Assembly: GCA_963705265.1 (NCBI GenBank) | Contig: OY970064.1 | Coordinates: 5,193,390 to 5,257,389 of the forward strand | Origin: an uncultured Acidobacteriaceae bacterium | GTDB lineage: Bacteria; Acidobacteriota; Terriglobia; Terriglobales; Acidobacteriaceae | Reading direction: 5' to 3' | DNA: 64,000 nucleotides | Shown: positions 26,766-36,197 of the stretch, in pieces | Position numbering within the stretch: position 1 is the stretch's first letter | How the letters are laid out: each line of letters starts with the position of its first letter | Program-made: the position numbers and the translations under genes | The notes under the pieces: model-generated | What the model saw: only the letters and a program-made list of their open reading frames with translations | The model's database searches: none | Told to the model about the DNA's origin: nothing

Positions 26766-28835
26766 ATGGGCAAAATTCACGTCCTTTCCGAAAGAGTAGC
26801 CAATCAGATCGCCGCCGGCGAGGTGGTCGAGCGTCCCGCATCGGTGGTAAAAGAGCTGCTTGAGAACGCTCTGGACGCCGGCTCCACGCGCATTCGTATT
26901 CAGGTTGAAGCGGGCGGAAAGAGACTCATCCAGATCACCGACAACGGATGCGGCATGGTGCGCGATGATGCCATGTTGGCTTTCGAGCGCCACGCTACCT
27001 CCAAAATAAAAGAGACCGACGATCTGTTAAGCATTTCGACCCTGGGATTTCGAGGCGAGGCTCTGCCCTCCATCGCCTCCGTTGCACGTCTGCATCTGGA
27101 AACTCGCGCCGAAGAACAAGCGGCAGGTACAGTCCTCGAAATTAACGGCGGCAAAATAATCCGTGTCGAAGAGGCTGGCTTGCCGCTGGGCACTTCAATC
27201 ACGATTCGTGATCTTTTTTTTAATACGCCAGCTCGCAAGAAATTTTTGAGATCGGAGTCGACCGAGCTCTCTCACATCGCATCGCTAGTGACTCACTATG
27301 CGCTGGCGCATCCTGAGAAGCATTTCGAGTTGCACTCCGCAACGAATGCCTTGCTGGTAGCGCCGCCCGTGGCCGGGCATCGTGAACGCATTTACCAGGT
27401 CTTCGGACGCGAAACGTTAGACCAACTAATTCCGCTGGCGGCCGTGCAGCCGTTAGAGCGCATCGGGTTGCCGCAACCCCCGCCATGGCGCCACGCCGCG
27501 GACAGTGCTCCGTACGGCGCCCCCCAAGTTGAGAACGAAGCCGTGCCGACAGTCGTGTCCGCCCCCCAGGATTTCGGCGAGGTGCGACTGCACGGATTTG
27601 TCTCGAAGCCAGAAATTCAGAAACTGAATCGCAATTCGATCTTCATCTTCGTCAATGGACGCCTGATTCGCGACCGCCTGATTCAGCATGCCATCACCGA
27701 GGCCTATCGCAACATTCTTCCGCCAACGGTATTTCCCGTCGTGTTGCTTTTTATGGAGATGCCGACGGCAGAAGTAGATGTGAATGTGCACCCTTCGAAG
27801 ACCGAGGTACGCTTCCGTCAACAAACGGTGATTCACGATTTTGTCCGCGAATCGGTGCGGGCAGCGCTGATGAAAGCGCGGCCTGTCCCGCAGTTCTTGA
27901 CCGAAATTCGCGCGCAGCCATCGGCAATATCCGGCCTAAGCAGTCCCGGCCTGAGTAATCGTTCATTTACCGATGGAGCAAGCGTTACCGAAGGTGGGCA
28001 GCCTCCGCCATGGCGCGATTTATACGAGCCAGCGGCGCCGGGAGGTTTTGCGTTACGGCCGCCGAGCATTCCCGCAACCACGGCGCATCTCGAATTTGAG
28101 GGGGGAATTGCGGTAGAGGCAAACGCAGCCGTATCGCTGGCACGAGAATCGGAGGCAGCGACAGCTCAGCAGTCGTTCGCAGATCAGCCAGTTCCCGATC
28201 ATGGCTGCGCTCCCCCAATCCCGCAAGAGCCGCAACCAGCGCCAACTCTGGAGTCGTTGCGAACGCTACACCCGCTAGGCCAGATTAGAAATTCCTTCAT
28301 TCTCGCCGTGAACGAAGACGGGCTCTGGATCATCGACCAACACGTAGCCCACGAGCGCGTGTTGTTTGAGAAAGTACTGCGCCAACGCGCAGCGCAGCGC
28401 GTTGAGAGCCAGCGTCTACTCATGCCCCTGGTAATCGATCTGACTCCCGCGCAACAAGCGATCTTTAGCGAAATTGCCGAAGAACTAGCGCGCAACGGCT
28501 TTGAGGCCGAACCCTTCGGATCCCGCAGTGTGGCCGTAAAGTTAGCTCCAGCGGGCGTGGATGCCGCGCAGATCGAACACATGCTGAACGAAATCTTCGA
28601 GCAGCTAACTCGTGAAGATCAAGCCATCAATCTGGAAGCCGTGCGGACCCGCATAGCCGCGTCAATAGCCTGCCACGCAGCAATCAAAGTCAACATGCCG
28701 CTGGAACAAAACAAAATGGAATGGCTGCTATCCGAACTTGCGAAGACCGAACATCCTATGACATGCCCGCACGGACGCCCGGTGGTATTGCGCTATTCTA
28801 TGCAGGATATTCAGAAGGCATTCAAGCGCATCTAA
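26766..28835 (+). CDS. mutL: DNA mismatch repair protein MutL
   Basis: IHVLSERVANQIAAGEVVERPASVVKELLENALDAG..ITDNGCGM..GFRGEALPSIASV, with a C-terminal dimerisation region. Confidence 0.92.
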   Translation: MGKIHVLSERVANQIAAGEVVERPASVVKELLENALDAGSTRIRIQVEAGGKRLIQITDNGCGMVRDDAMLAFERHATSKIKETDDLLSISTLGFRGEALPSIASVARLHLETRAEEQAAGTVLEINGGKIIRVEEAGLPLGTSITIRDLFFNTPARKKFLRSESTELSHIASLVTHYALAHPEKHFELHSATNALLVAPPVAGHRERIYQVFGRETLDQLIPLAAVQPLERIGLPQPPPWRHAADSAPYGAPQVENEAVPTVVSAPQDFGEVRLHGFVSKPEIQKLNRNSIFIFVNGRLIRDRLIQHAITEAYRNILPPTVFPVVLLFMEMPTAEVDVNVHPSKTEVRFRQQTVIHDFVRESVRAALMKARPVPQFLTEIRAQPSAISGLSSPGLSNRSFTDGASVTEGGQPPPWRDLYEPAAPGGFALRPPSIPATTAHLEFEGGIAVEANAAVSLARESEAATAQQSFADQPVPDHGCAPPIPQEPQPAPTLESLRTLHPLGQIRNSFILAVNEDGLWIIDQHVAHERVLFEKVLRQRAAQRVESQRLLMPLVIDLTPAQQAIFSEIAEELARNGFEAEPFGSRSVAVKLAPAGVDAAQIEHMLNEIFEQLTREDQAINLEAVRTRIAASIACHAAIKVNMPLEQNKMEWLLSELAKTEHPMTCPHGRPVVLRYSMQDIQKAFKRI

Positions 28836-28852
28836 TCGCTGCTTTCCAACTG

Positions 28853-28895
28853 TGGTCTAATCAATCGTGATCTGATCAATCGTGGTCTAATCAAT
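28853..28895. repeat. Tandem repeat of a 15-bp unit, about 3 copies, ending 2 nt before the next ATG
   Basis: TGGTCTAATCAATCG TGATCTGATCAATCG TGGTCTAATCAAT. Confidence 0.75.
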
Positions 28896-28897
28896 AT

Positions 28898-29776
28898 ATG
28901 ACCGACACGGAACTCCTGCTGGCTCGCGCGCAAAAGTGGCGTCTCAACGGCCAGCCCGTGCGCACTCTCGATGATGCCCGCGCCTTCCTTGAAGAAATGG
29001 GGTTTTGTCTGATGTATCCCATGCGTCCCGCGCTACTGGTGCCGACTTTCATCGGGGCGTGGGTTGGAGCCGATGACAAGCTGCCGACGCGCCAACATGC
29101 ATATAACGATCCGCGAGCCAAAGAAGCCACCGAGCTTATGGTGCGCGCCCTGCGCGATAAGTCCGCCTACGAAGCTCCTTTATTTGACGAGAACAACGCC
29201 TTCCTGCTGGCGCCTTCGGTCTTTCCATATTTCTATTCACTGGTCGGCGAGCGCAATCCGAAACAGCCGCCCGCAAGCGGCCCCAGGTCTCCTTATTCCC
29301 CATTAGCTTGTGACGCTTTTGAAATCATCCGTCGCCGAGGACCAATTTCGAAAACAAAGCTGGGCGAGATGCTCGGCGGGTCGGTCTCCAACGCCGGCCT
29401 GGATCGCGCGCTCAGCGAACTATGGGCGAAACTACGCATTACGCGTGTCGACTACACGGTGGAAGAAGGTTCTGTGTGGGACGAATTATCACGCTGGGCA
29501 CCCGAAATCGTGCGCGAAGGCGTGGGGATTTCCGTGCCCGAAGCGCTCTCGGCGCTGGTCTCGAAGTATCTCGATTGTGTGGTCGCCGTTGATGAAGGCG
29601 AAGTAGAAAACTTCCTAACGAATTTTGTCGCGCGAACACGGGTCAAAGAAGCTATCCACGCATTGTTGTCGGCGCGTGAATTAAGCTTTGTACATGTTGG
29701 GAGCAAGTCACTTCTGCAAGTAACTCCACCAAAACAAGCCTACGTTCCCAAACCGCGCCCCGAGAGGGTGAGCTAA
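28898..29776 (+). CDS. Hypothetical protein with a probable winged-helix segment
   Basis: Long ORF directly after mutL. ACDAFEIIRRRGPISKTKLGEMLG looks wHTH-like. There is only a loose resemblance to AlkZ/YcaQ-type proteins. Confidence 0.5.
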   Translation: MTDTELLLARAQKWRLNGQPVRTLDDARAFLEEMGFCLMYPMRPALLVPTFIGAWVGADDKLPTRQHAYNDPRAKEATELMVRALRDKSAYEAPLFDENNAFLLAPSVFPYFYSLVGERNPKQPPASGPRSPYSPLACDAFEIIRRRGPISKTKLGEMLGGSVSNAGLDRALSELWAKLRITRVDYTVEEGSVWDELSRWAPEIVREGVGISVPEALSALVSKYLDCVVAVDEGEVENFLTNFVARTRVKEAIHALLSARELSFVHVGSKSLLQVTPPKQAYVPKPRPERVS

Positions 29777-29876
29777 CGCAAGCGTCAATTACGTTACTCT
29801 ACAGAAGCCCCTCACATCTCTAACTACATTAGCTCGAACGCCTCGCAGCCTCCGTGTACAATGCTTCATTCGCCAG

Positions 29877-30560
29877 ATGACGGCTCCATCCCAACGCAAA
29901 CTAATCATCGCCATAGACGGCCCAGCCGGAGCCGGCAAAAGCACCGTCGCCGCCCGTCTGGCGCGCAAACTCGGCTACGTGAATCTGGAGAGTGGAGCAA
30001 TGTACCGTGCGCTCGCGCTTCGCGCCATCGAGTGGGATGCTTCGTTCGACGACGAATCGGCGCTGCTGAAAATGGCGCAGGATTTACGCATTGCGCTCGA
30101 GCCCACCGTAGGCGGCAATCGTGTTCTGCTCAATGGAAAAGATGTTTCCGCTCGCATACGCGAACGCGACGTGACCGAAGCAGCGTCGCGGATCTCGGTG
30201 CATCCCAAGGTGCGCGAGTGGATGGTGGCGCGTCAGCGCGAGATGGGTATCGGCGGCGGCGTAGTAATGGAAGGCCGCGATATTGGCACAAAAGTTTTCC
30301 CCGACGCCGATTTGAAAATCTTTCTCGACGCCGACCCGGTAATTCGCGAGCAGAGGCGCCTCGACCAGCAGCGGGTGAAAGGGCCATCGGCGCAGACGAT
30401 AGCCGCGGAACTCCGAGAACGCGACCATCGCGATCGTACGCGCGCGGCTTCTCCGCTGATAGCAGCCGAGGATGCAGTCGTGCTTGACTCAACGAGCTTA
30501 AGCGAAGATGAAGTCCTCAATCGCATTGAGGAACTGGTAGCGCAGCGACAAAAGGCATAA
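29877..30560 (+). CDS. cmk: Cytidylate kinase
   Basis: KLIIAIDGPAGAGKSTVAARLARKLGY..LESGAMYRA..GVVMEGRDIGTKVFPDADLKIFL. Confidence 0.9.
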   Translation: MTAPSQRKLIIAIDGPAGAGKSTVAARLARKLGYVNLESGAMYRALALRAIEWDASFDDESALLKMAQDLRIALEPTVGGNRVLLNGKDVSARIRERDVTEAASRISVHPKVREWMVARQREMGIGGGVVMEGRDIGTKVFPDADLKIFLDADPVIREQRRLDQQRVKGPSAQTIAAELRERDHRDRTRAASPLIAAEDAVVLDSTSLSEDEVLNRIEELVAQRQKA

Positions 30561-30617
30561 CAATAGTGCCCGGTCGGCGTGAATGAACTGTAAAGGCGGT
30601 ATAGCCCTTTGCTGCGA

Positions 30618-31085
30618 TTACTTTCCTGTTCCCGGATCGGGGCTGTCGTTTCCCATGTCGAGGACCACCTTCCACTGACCGTCCTTTTGTTTCTTCCAGA
30701 TCGATGTGTACTTGCCGTAGTTGACGACTGGTTTCCCGTTTTTATCCTTGGCGGTGTAGACGTAATTGCCATAGGTGTAGCCGAGATCGCCTGAGGCGGC
30801 CATTTCGGCTTTAACGGGACTCCAAGTGAGAGTCGTGCCTTCAGGCCAGGGCGGTTGCTTGCGCATGTCATCTTTAGTGTTGATGCCGCCGCTATCCACG
30901 AGTTCGACTCCGTCTTCGGCGAAGTAGGCAAGAAAAGCGCTATGGCCGTCCTTGGCAACATCGCCAGCAAAATTGGCTTCGAGTTGGAAAAGAAGAGCGG
31001 AGCCTGTGGCAGATTGTTGCTTTGTAGCGACGGAAGTGGAAACCAAAAAAAGCAGAAGCAGAAATGTTGCAGTAATTCTGTTCAT
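30618..31085 (-). CDS. Secreted SnoaL-like/DUF4440-type (NTF2-fold) protein
   Basis: Signal peptide MNRITATFLLLLFLVSTSVA, ..GKYTSIWKKQKDGQWKVVLD. The track ORF is extended to 31340. Confidence 0.55.
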   Translation of the reverse strand: MNRITATFLLLLFLVSTSVATKQQSATGSALLFQLEANFAGDVAKDGHSAFLAYFAEDGVELVDSGGINTKDDMRKQPPWPEGTTLTWSPVKAEMAASGDLGYTYGNYVYTAKDKNGKPVVNYGKYTSIWKKQKDGQWKVVLDMGNDSPDPGTGK

Positions 31086-31168
31086 CGACGATTCTCCGGC
31101 TGCAATGGCGGCTGATCTGGGCCTACTCGGCGATAAAGTTATCACGCAGTGGAAGCTTCTGGAAAATT

Positions 31169-31993
31169 CTAGGCGTTCTCTCTGAGCAACTGTTGTTTGA
31201 TTTGTTCGGGAAGGCGCGAACTGGCGAGTAGTTCGCGCAGTAGTGGAGCTTGGATTTCGCGGCTGAACGCGAGAGCGCGGGCTAGCGAAAGATGCTCCGT
31301 ACGCAAAAGTGCGGCGCGAACCTCTCTGCGAAGGGACCACTTCGCATGTTGCGCGACCGCATGCACCAAGGCTGCGCTGGCAATGGGACGGAGCACCGAG
31401 TTGATGACAAGAGTTTCGGTGAGACGTGGATTCTCAAGCGCCGTGTGCATAACTCGCGTCTCGCGGGCTATCGACTGAGCGTCCTTCATTTTTATTGTGC
31501 CGTCTGTTTTGTTGGCTTTGATTTTGCCATCCATGTTTTCCACATCCAGTAGAAGCGCGGCAGCTACTCGGCCGGAAGCTCGCCGGGCCAGCGTTAAACG
31601 TTCACCTTTGGTTATGGCTTTCAGGCGCGAGATCAGGGTATCGTCGGCGATAACTTTTACGTCGGCGGGGACACTCGGCGAGAGTGCAATTTTCATCAGA
31701 TCGAACGCGTAGGACTGACGCACCAGTGGCACCGACACATGACGCGGCGCGTTCGCATGGCAGGCAAGCGCGATTTTCACCTTGCGACTGTTCAGCGCGT
31801 GCGCGTTCTGCGCCAGTCGTTCGAGGACTTCCCCGGGCAAGTCCGGGCGCTTTAGAAGGGCTAGGGCCAGGTCCTCGGTAAGGTCTGGATCGGATGCGGT
31901 GCGGAGCAACTCGGCAGATGTAGAGCTGACCGCTGTTGCCGCTTTCCCTAAGTTCGATGCGGCCTCGGATGAGGAAATTTGATTGTCAGACAT
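31169..31993 (-). CDS. Hypothetical alpha-helical repeat protein
   Basis: Repeated LL..P.LP.EVL / ..NPRLTE..V helical units. The start ATG 31993 overlaps the upstream kinase stop by 8 nt. The upstream extension of the track ORF to 32338 lies inside the kinase gene in another frame. Confidence 0.6.
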   Translation of the reverse strand: MSDNQISSSEAASNLGKAATAVSSTSAELLRTASDPDLTEDLALALLKRPDLPGEVLERLAQNAHALNSRKVKIALACHANAPRHVSVPLVRQSYAFDLMKIALSPSVPADVKVIADDTLISRLKAITKGERLTLARRASGRVAAALLLDVENMDGKIKANKTDGTIKMKDAQSIARETRVMHTALENPRLTETLVINSVLRPIASAALVHAVAQHAKWSLRREVRAALLRTEHLSLARALAFSREIQAPLLRELLASSRLPEQIKQQLLRENA

Positions 31994-32909
31994 TTCTTGG
32001 AGTTGCGCGTGCCCTGGCCAGCGCTCCTTCCACCGGGTCTGCCAGATCATGGCGCACATCGACGCCGGGAAGTCTTTGTTGCAGGATATTGTAGAAAACC
32101 TGGCGCACATCCGGAGACTGACGAAAGACGCTGCCCGTCGTTGCCACAGGGAGAGAAGCGTCGCCGTTCGGAGCCAGACGATAAACGACGATGACCACGA
32201 GCTCAGCCAACTTAGCCCCAGCGTCGGCGAGAAGCTCGCGTGCGATCGTGTCGTTATCGTCAGCGGCGCGAAGAACAACAGGAAACAGGCGGGGGAAATC
32301 CGGTGGCAGAGTCGAGTTGGCTTGCTGCACGAGTTCATCGATGCTGTTGAGCTTCCATGCTTGGAGGATCATCGTGGTGAGCGCGGTTTCCTGACCCTGA
32401 TCGCGCGCCTTCAGGATGGCGGATACAGCGCGACGACCGATCCAGTGGCCTGAACCTTCATCGGACACGGCGAAACCCCAACCTCCGGCACGCGCGGTCT
32501 GACCGCCTGCATTACGGCCGTAGACGATAGAACCGGTACCGGCAATCGCAATTACTCCGGGAGCCGCGCCGAAAGCGGCTTCGAGGGCGATTACGGTGTC
32601 CCCGACGACTTCGATTCTTGTGAACGTTTCAGAAGTTAACTCGGCGAGGATGCTGCGAATCTTTGCGGCGATCTCGGGCCGGGCAGCGCCGGTGGCTCCG
32701 ATACAGACGGCACTGACCCGATCGGGAGAGATCTTGGCGGCAGCGCAGACCTGATGAATCGCAGTGTGCAGGGCTCCTCTAGCCTGCTGCTCGCCGTGGC
32801 GAATCACGCTGCAGCCACCGGTCATTGCCTTCGCCAGTACAGTTGTTTCGTCGGCGAGCACGCAGCGGGTTTTGGTGCCGCCGCCATCGATTCCGAGATA
32901 GTAAGCCAT
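31986..32909 (-). CDS. BadF/BadG/BcrA/BcrD-type ATPase, N-acetylglucosamine kinase-like
   Basis: MAYYLGIDGGGTKTRCVLAD..IAIAGTGSIVYG..GGWGFAVSDEGSGHWIGR. Confidence 0.8.
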   Translation of the reverse strand: MAYYLGIDGGGTKTRCVLADETTVLAKAMTGGCSVIRHGEQQARGALHTAIHQVCAAAKISPDRVSAVCIGATGAARPEIAAKIRSILAELTSETFTRIEVVGDTVIALEAAFGAAPGVIAIAGTGSIVYGRNAGGQTARAGGWGFAVSDEGSGHWIGRRAVSAILKARDQGQETALTTMILQAWKLNSIDELVQQANSTLPPDFPRLFPVVLRAADDNDTIARELLADAGAKLAELVVIVVYRLAPNGDASLPVATTGSVFRQSPDVRQVFYNILQQRLPGVDVRHDLADPVEGALARARATPRNV

Positions 32910-33056
32910 CGCGCTAGTTCTAACACAGGTTCCCTCTAATTCGTTAAGCAGTGGTATCGGTCGACGGACATGCTTGTACAATGCTGCGAACCAGTTACTG
33001 GCTACTACAGACGCGGCATGGCGTGTCTCTACAATTAAAGCTCGAAGGGATAGCGC

Positions 33057-34550
33057 TTGGGATTAAATCGAATCGACCTGCTGATTATTGCGGCGTACCT
33101 GGCGGGGATCACACTCTTCGGGCTGCGCTTTCGCAAGCGGCAACGGACGATGCGCGATTACTTTCTCGCCGACCGCAACATTCCATGGTGGGCGATTTCG
33201 CTCTCGATTGTGGCCGCGGAGACCAGCACACTGACCATCATCAGTATCCCTGGGCTTGCCTACGATTCGAATTTTACTTTTTTGCAGCTGGTAATGGGGT
33301 ATGTGATTGGGCGCGTCGTTATCAGCTTTGTCTTGCTGCCGCAATATTTTCGCGGCGAGTTGTATACGGCGTATCAACTGATTGAGCGACGGTTTGGTCC
33401 GGAGCTGCGCACAGTGACAGCGGGCCTGTTTCTGCTCACGCGTGCGGCTGCTGAGGGGGTGCGCATTTATGCCGTGTCGATAGTGGTCTCGATTGCCCTG
33501 GGCACAGGCGAGGTCGCTTCGATTGCAATCATCACCTTGCTCACTTTGATCTATACGTTTGAGGGCGGTCTGGCAGCGGTGATCTGGACCGACGTGGTGC
33601 AGACTTTTATTTATGTAAGCGGAACACTGATCGGGCTAGTTACGATCCTCCATCTCGTTCCGGGCGGATGGGAATCGGTGCAGGCGGTTGCACAGGGGCT
33701 GCACAAGTTCCAGGTGTTCGATACTTCCGTTTTGACGCACTGGCCCTATCTTAATTTTTCGAAGCCTTACACGCTTTGGGCGGGGATTATTGGTGGAGCA
33801 TTCCTGACTACGGCGAGCCATGGCACCGATCAACTCATCGTGCAGAGATTGCTGGCCGCGCGGAATCAACGACAGTCGATATTGGCGTTGCTTTCGAGTG
33901 GAGTGGCGGTCTTTTTCCAGTTTGGCTTGTTTCTTTTCGTGGGCGTGATGCTCTTTGCTTACTACCGGGTTCCTTCGGCTTCCTTTGGACGAGCGGATCG
34001 GATCTATCCGACATTTATCGTGAGCCGGATGCCACACGGAATCGCGGGGCTGTTGATCGCAGCGATTCTAGCGGCAGCGATGTCGAACTTGAGCGCGGCG
34101 TTGAACTCGCTGTCTTCGAGTTCCATTATGGATTTTTATCTCCGATTTCGTGTGGGGGCTCGGTCAGGCTCTAATCAGGAGATGAACGAAGCCGCGCGTC
34201 TGCGGCTTGCCCGACTGGCCACGCTTGGCTGGGCGATCGTGCTGTTCGGGCTGGCAATACTAGCGCTGCACCGGGTAGGACGCGTAGTAGAAGTCGGATT
34301 GCAAATCGCCTCGGTGGCTTATGGATCGTTGCTTGGAGTTTTTTTGCTGGGTGCATTGACTAGGCGTGCGAATCAACCTGGAGCAATGGTCGGTATGCTT
34401 TGCGGATTGGTTGCGGAGCTGTATTTGTGGGGATGGTCGCAAGTCGCTTTCACCTGGTGGGTCGCGATTGGCACTTGCGTGACTTTTGGGGTGGGATATG
34501 CGGCGAGTGTCTTGTGGCAAGTTCCATCCAAAGTTGAACCGCAAGCTTGA
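33057..34550 (+). CDS. Sodium:solute symporter family transporter
   Basis: DYFLADRNIPWWAISLSIVAAETSTLTIISIPGLAY and about 13 TM segments. Starts at TTG. Confidence 0.8.
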   Translation: MGLNRIDLLIIAAYLAGITLFGLRFRKRQRTMRDYFLADRNIPWWAISLSIVAAETSTLTIISIPGLAYDSNFTFLQLVMGYVIGRVVISFVLLPQYFRGELYTAYQLIERRFGPELRTVTAGLFLLTRAAAEGVRIYAVSIVVSIALGTGEVASIAIITLLTLIYTFEGGLAAVIWTDVVQTFIYVSGTLIGLVTILHLVPGGWESVQAVAQGLHKFQVFDTSVLTHWPYLNFSKPYTLWAGIIGGAFLTTASHGTDQLIVQRLLAARNQRQSILALLSSGVAVFFQFGLFLFVGVMLFAYYRVPSASFGRADRIYPTFIVSRMPHGIAGLLIAAILAAAMSNLSAALNSLSSSSIMDFYLRFRVGARSGSNQEMNEAARLRLARLATLGWAIVLFGLAILALHRVGRVVEVGLQIASVAYGSLLGVFLLGALTRRANQPGAMVGMLCGLVAELYLWGWSQVAFTWWVAIGTCVTFGVGYAASVLWQVPSKVEPQA

Positions 34551-34558
34551 TTGGGAAA

Positions 34559-34590
34559 GACAGGTAAGAACGCAGACAGGTAAGAACGCA
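34559..34590. repeat. Perfect 16-bp tandem duplication
   Basis: GACAGGTAAGAACGCA x2 (34559-34574 and 34575-34590), then a small hairpin CGCAGAGAGACTGCG. Confidence 0.9.
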
Positions 34591-34635
34591 GAGAGACTGC
34601 GGTTAGAATCGTTCTTTCACAAAGCGTATAGAAAT

Positions 34636-36021
34636 ATGAACACACTCACCGCAGAGAAGCATCCCCGCCCGGAACTGGCGCGCGACCTGAGGCTATCGCA
34701 TGCCGGCGCAGTCGTAGTTGGGACCATCATTGGGAGCGGGATTTTTCTGGTTCCGACCGAGATGATGCAGGCTGTCGGATCGGCCGGCCTTGTATATCTA
34801 GCGTGGGTGGTTGGGGGATTGCTCTCTTTTTTCGGCGCACTTACTTATGCCGAGCTGGGCGCGATGAAACCGCAGGCCGGTGGCGAATATGTATACGTTC
34901 GCGATGCCTACGGACCTCTGGCAGGATTTCTCTATTCGTGGACCTGGTTTCTTATTGCCAAACCAGCGTCGATTGCGACGATAACTACCGGCTTGGTACG
35001 GATCCTGGAAACCTTCCCGGCTTTCTCTTTTTTCTCTCTTGCTTGTATCTCAAATCCCTTCACTGTCAGCTACGGACAACTGGTAGCGATCGGAGCTACA
35101 GTTTTCATCTCGTGGCTGAATTACATCGGGGTCCGGCGAGCGGGAGAATTTCAGTTGTTATTCACACTGCTGAAGATTGCGATCATCCTGGGAATTGTGG
35201 GGGTGGGTTTTTCCTACAGCGGAGGAACCTGGGCGAATTTTGCTACTGAGTTTTCCGGTGCGAAAGGCGGCATCGCCGGATTTTTTGCGGCGCTGGTAGC
35301 AGCGCTGTGGGCTTACGACGGTTGGAACGATCTGAATATGGTAGCTGGAGAGATACGAAATCCCCAGCGCAATATTCCGCTCTCGCTGATCTGGGGCGTG
35401 GCGACCGTAGGTGCGCTCTACATTCTTGTAAATGCGGCGGTGCAGTATGTCCTGCCAGCGTCGGCAGTGGCCGCTTCCGACCGTCCTGCATCGGACGCAG
35501 TCGCTTTGGTTCTGGGGCATTTGGGCGCGAGCCTGGTATCGGCGGGCATGGCGATTTCGATGCTCGTGACTTTGAACGGCACCATCATGAGCGGAGCGCG
35601 CGTGCCGTTTGCCACAGCGCGCGATGGATATTTCTTCAAGGCGCTAGCTGAGGTTCATCCGCGCTTCCATACGCCGTCAATGGCAATTATTGTGCAGTGC
35701 GCGCTCGCGATTGCTCTGCTATTGCTTGGAGGCAGCTTTCGCCAATTTTTCTCGCTGGCGATTTTCGCCGAATGGCTCTTCTACATGATCGCCGGGAGCA
35801 CTGTATTCGTTTTCAGGCGACGGGAGCCAAACCTAGATCGGCCTTACCGCGTTTGGGGATATCCGGCGGTTCCGGCGGTGTTTGTGCTGGTTGCGGCGGC
35901 ACTTCTCTACTACACCTTCACCGACAATCTGAAAAGTTCGGCTGGCGGATGCCTGGCGATTCTAGCGGGCGTTCCCGTGTTCTACTTTTTTTCGCGGCGT
36001 CGCACAACCACGCCAAAGTAG
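34636..36021 (+). CDS. APC-family amino acid permease
   Basis: VVVGTIIGSGIFLVPTEM..FGALTYAELGAMKPQAGGEYVY and about 12 TM segments. The track ORF starts upstream, inside the symporter gene. Confidence 0.8.
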   Translation: MNTLTAEKHPRPELARDLRLSHAGAVVVGTIIGSGIFLVPTEMMQAVGSAGLVYLAWVVGGLLSFFGALTYAELGAMKPQAGGEYVYVRDAYGPLAGFLYSWTWFLIAKPASIATITTGLVRILETFPAFSFFSLACISNPFTVSYGQLVAIGATVFISWLNYIGVRRAGEFQLLFTLLKIAIILGIVGVGFSYSGGTWANFATEFSGAKGGIAGFFAALVAALWAYDGWNDLNMVAGEIRNPQRNIPLSLIWGVATVGALYILVNAAVQYVLPASAVAASDRPASDAVALVLGHLGASLVSAGMAISMLVTLNGTIMSGARVPFATARDGYFFKALAEVHPRFHTPSMAIIVQCALAIALLLLGGSFRQFFSLAIFAEWLFYMIAGSTVFVFRRREPNLDRPYRVWGYPAVPAVFVLVAAALLYYTFTDNLKSSAGGCLAILAGVPVFYFFSRRRTTTPK

Positions 36022-36197
36022 ATACCTAAGTAACCGACTATTCCCTCAAACAGCCCTAAATATCTCTAAATATCCACAGTTAGTTACCAAAGGACAGGCG
36101 CATGCGACACGTTTACCCCCTGCCCATTCTCCCATAAGGTGAAGACTCCAACCCCGAGCGCTCTCCCCAGCTTCGGGCCCCTTTTTGGAGCTCATGG

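Noticed and set aside
30233-30970. 245-aa minus-strand ORF overlapping cmk and the DUF4440-like gene
   Set aside because: The region is already explained by cmk (plus strand, clear P-loop) and by the 30618-31085 gene. No motif of its own.
31994-32338. 5' extension of the 31169-32338 ORF, and likewise efp extended to 11687 and dprA to 52304
   Set aside because: The extensions overlap better-supported neighbouring genes or promoter regions. Internal ATGs give products of canonical length and N-termini.
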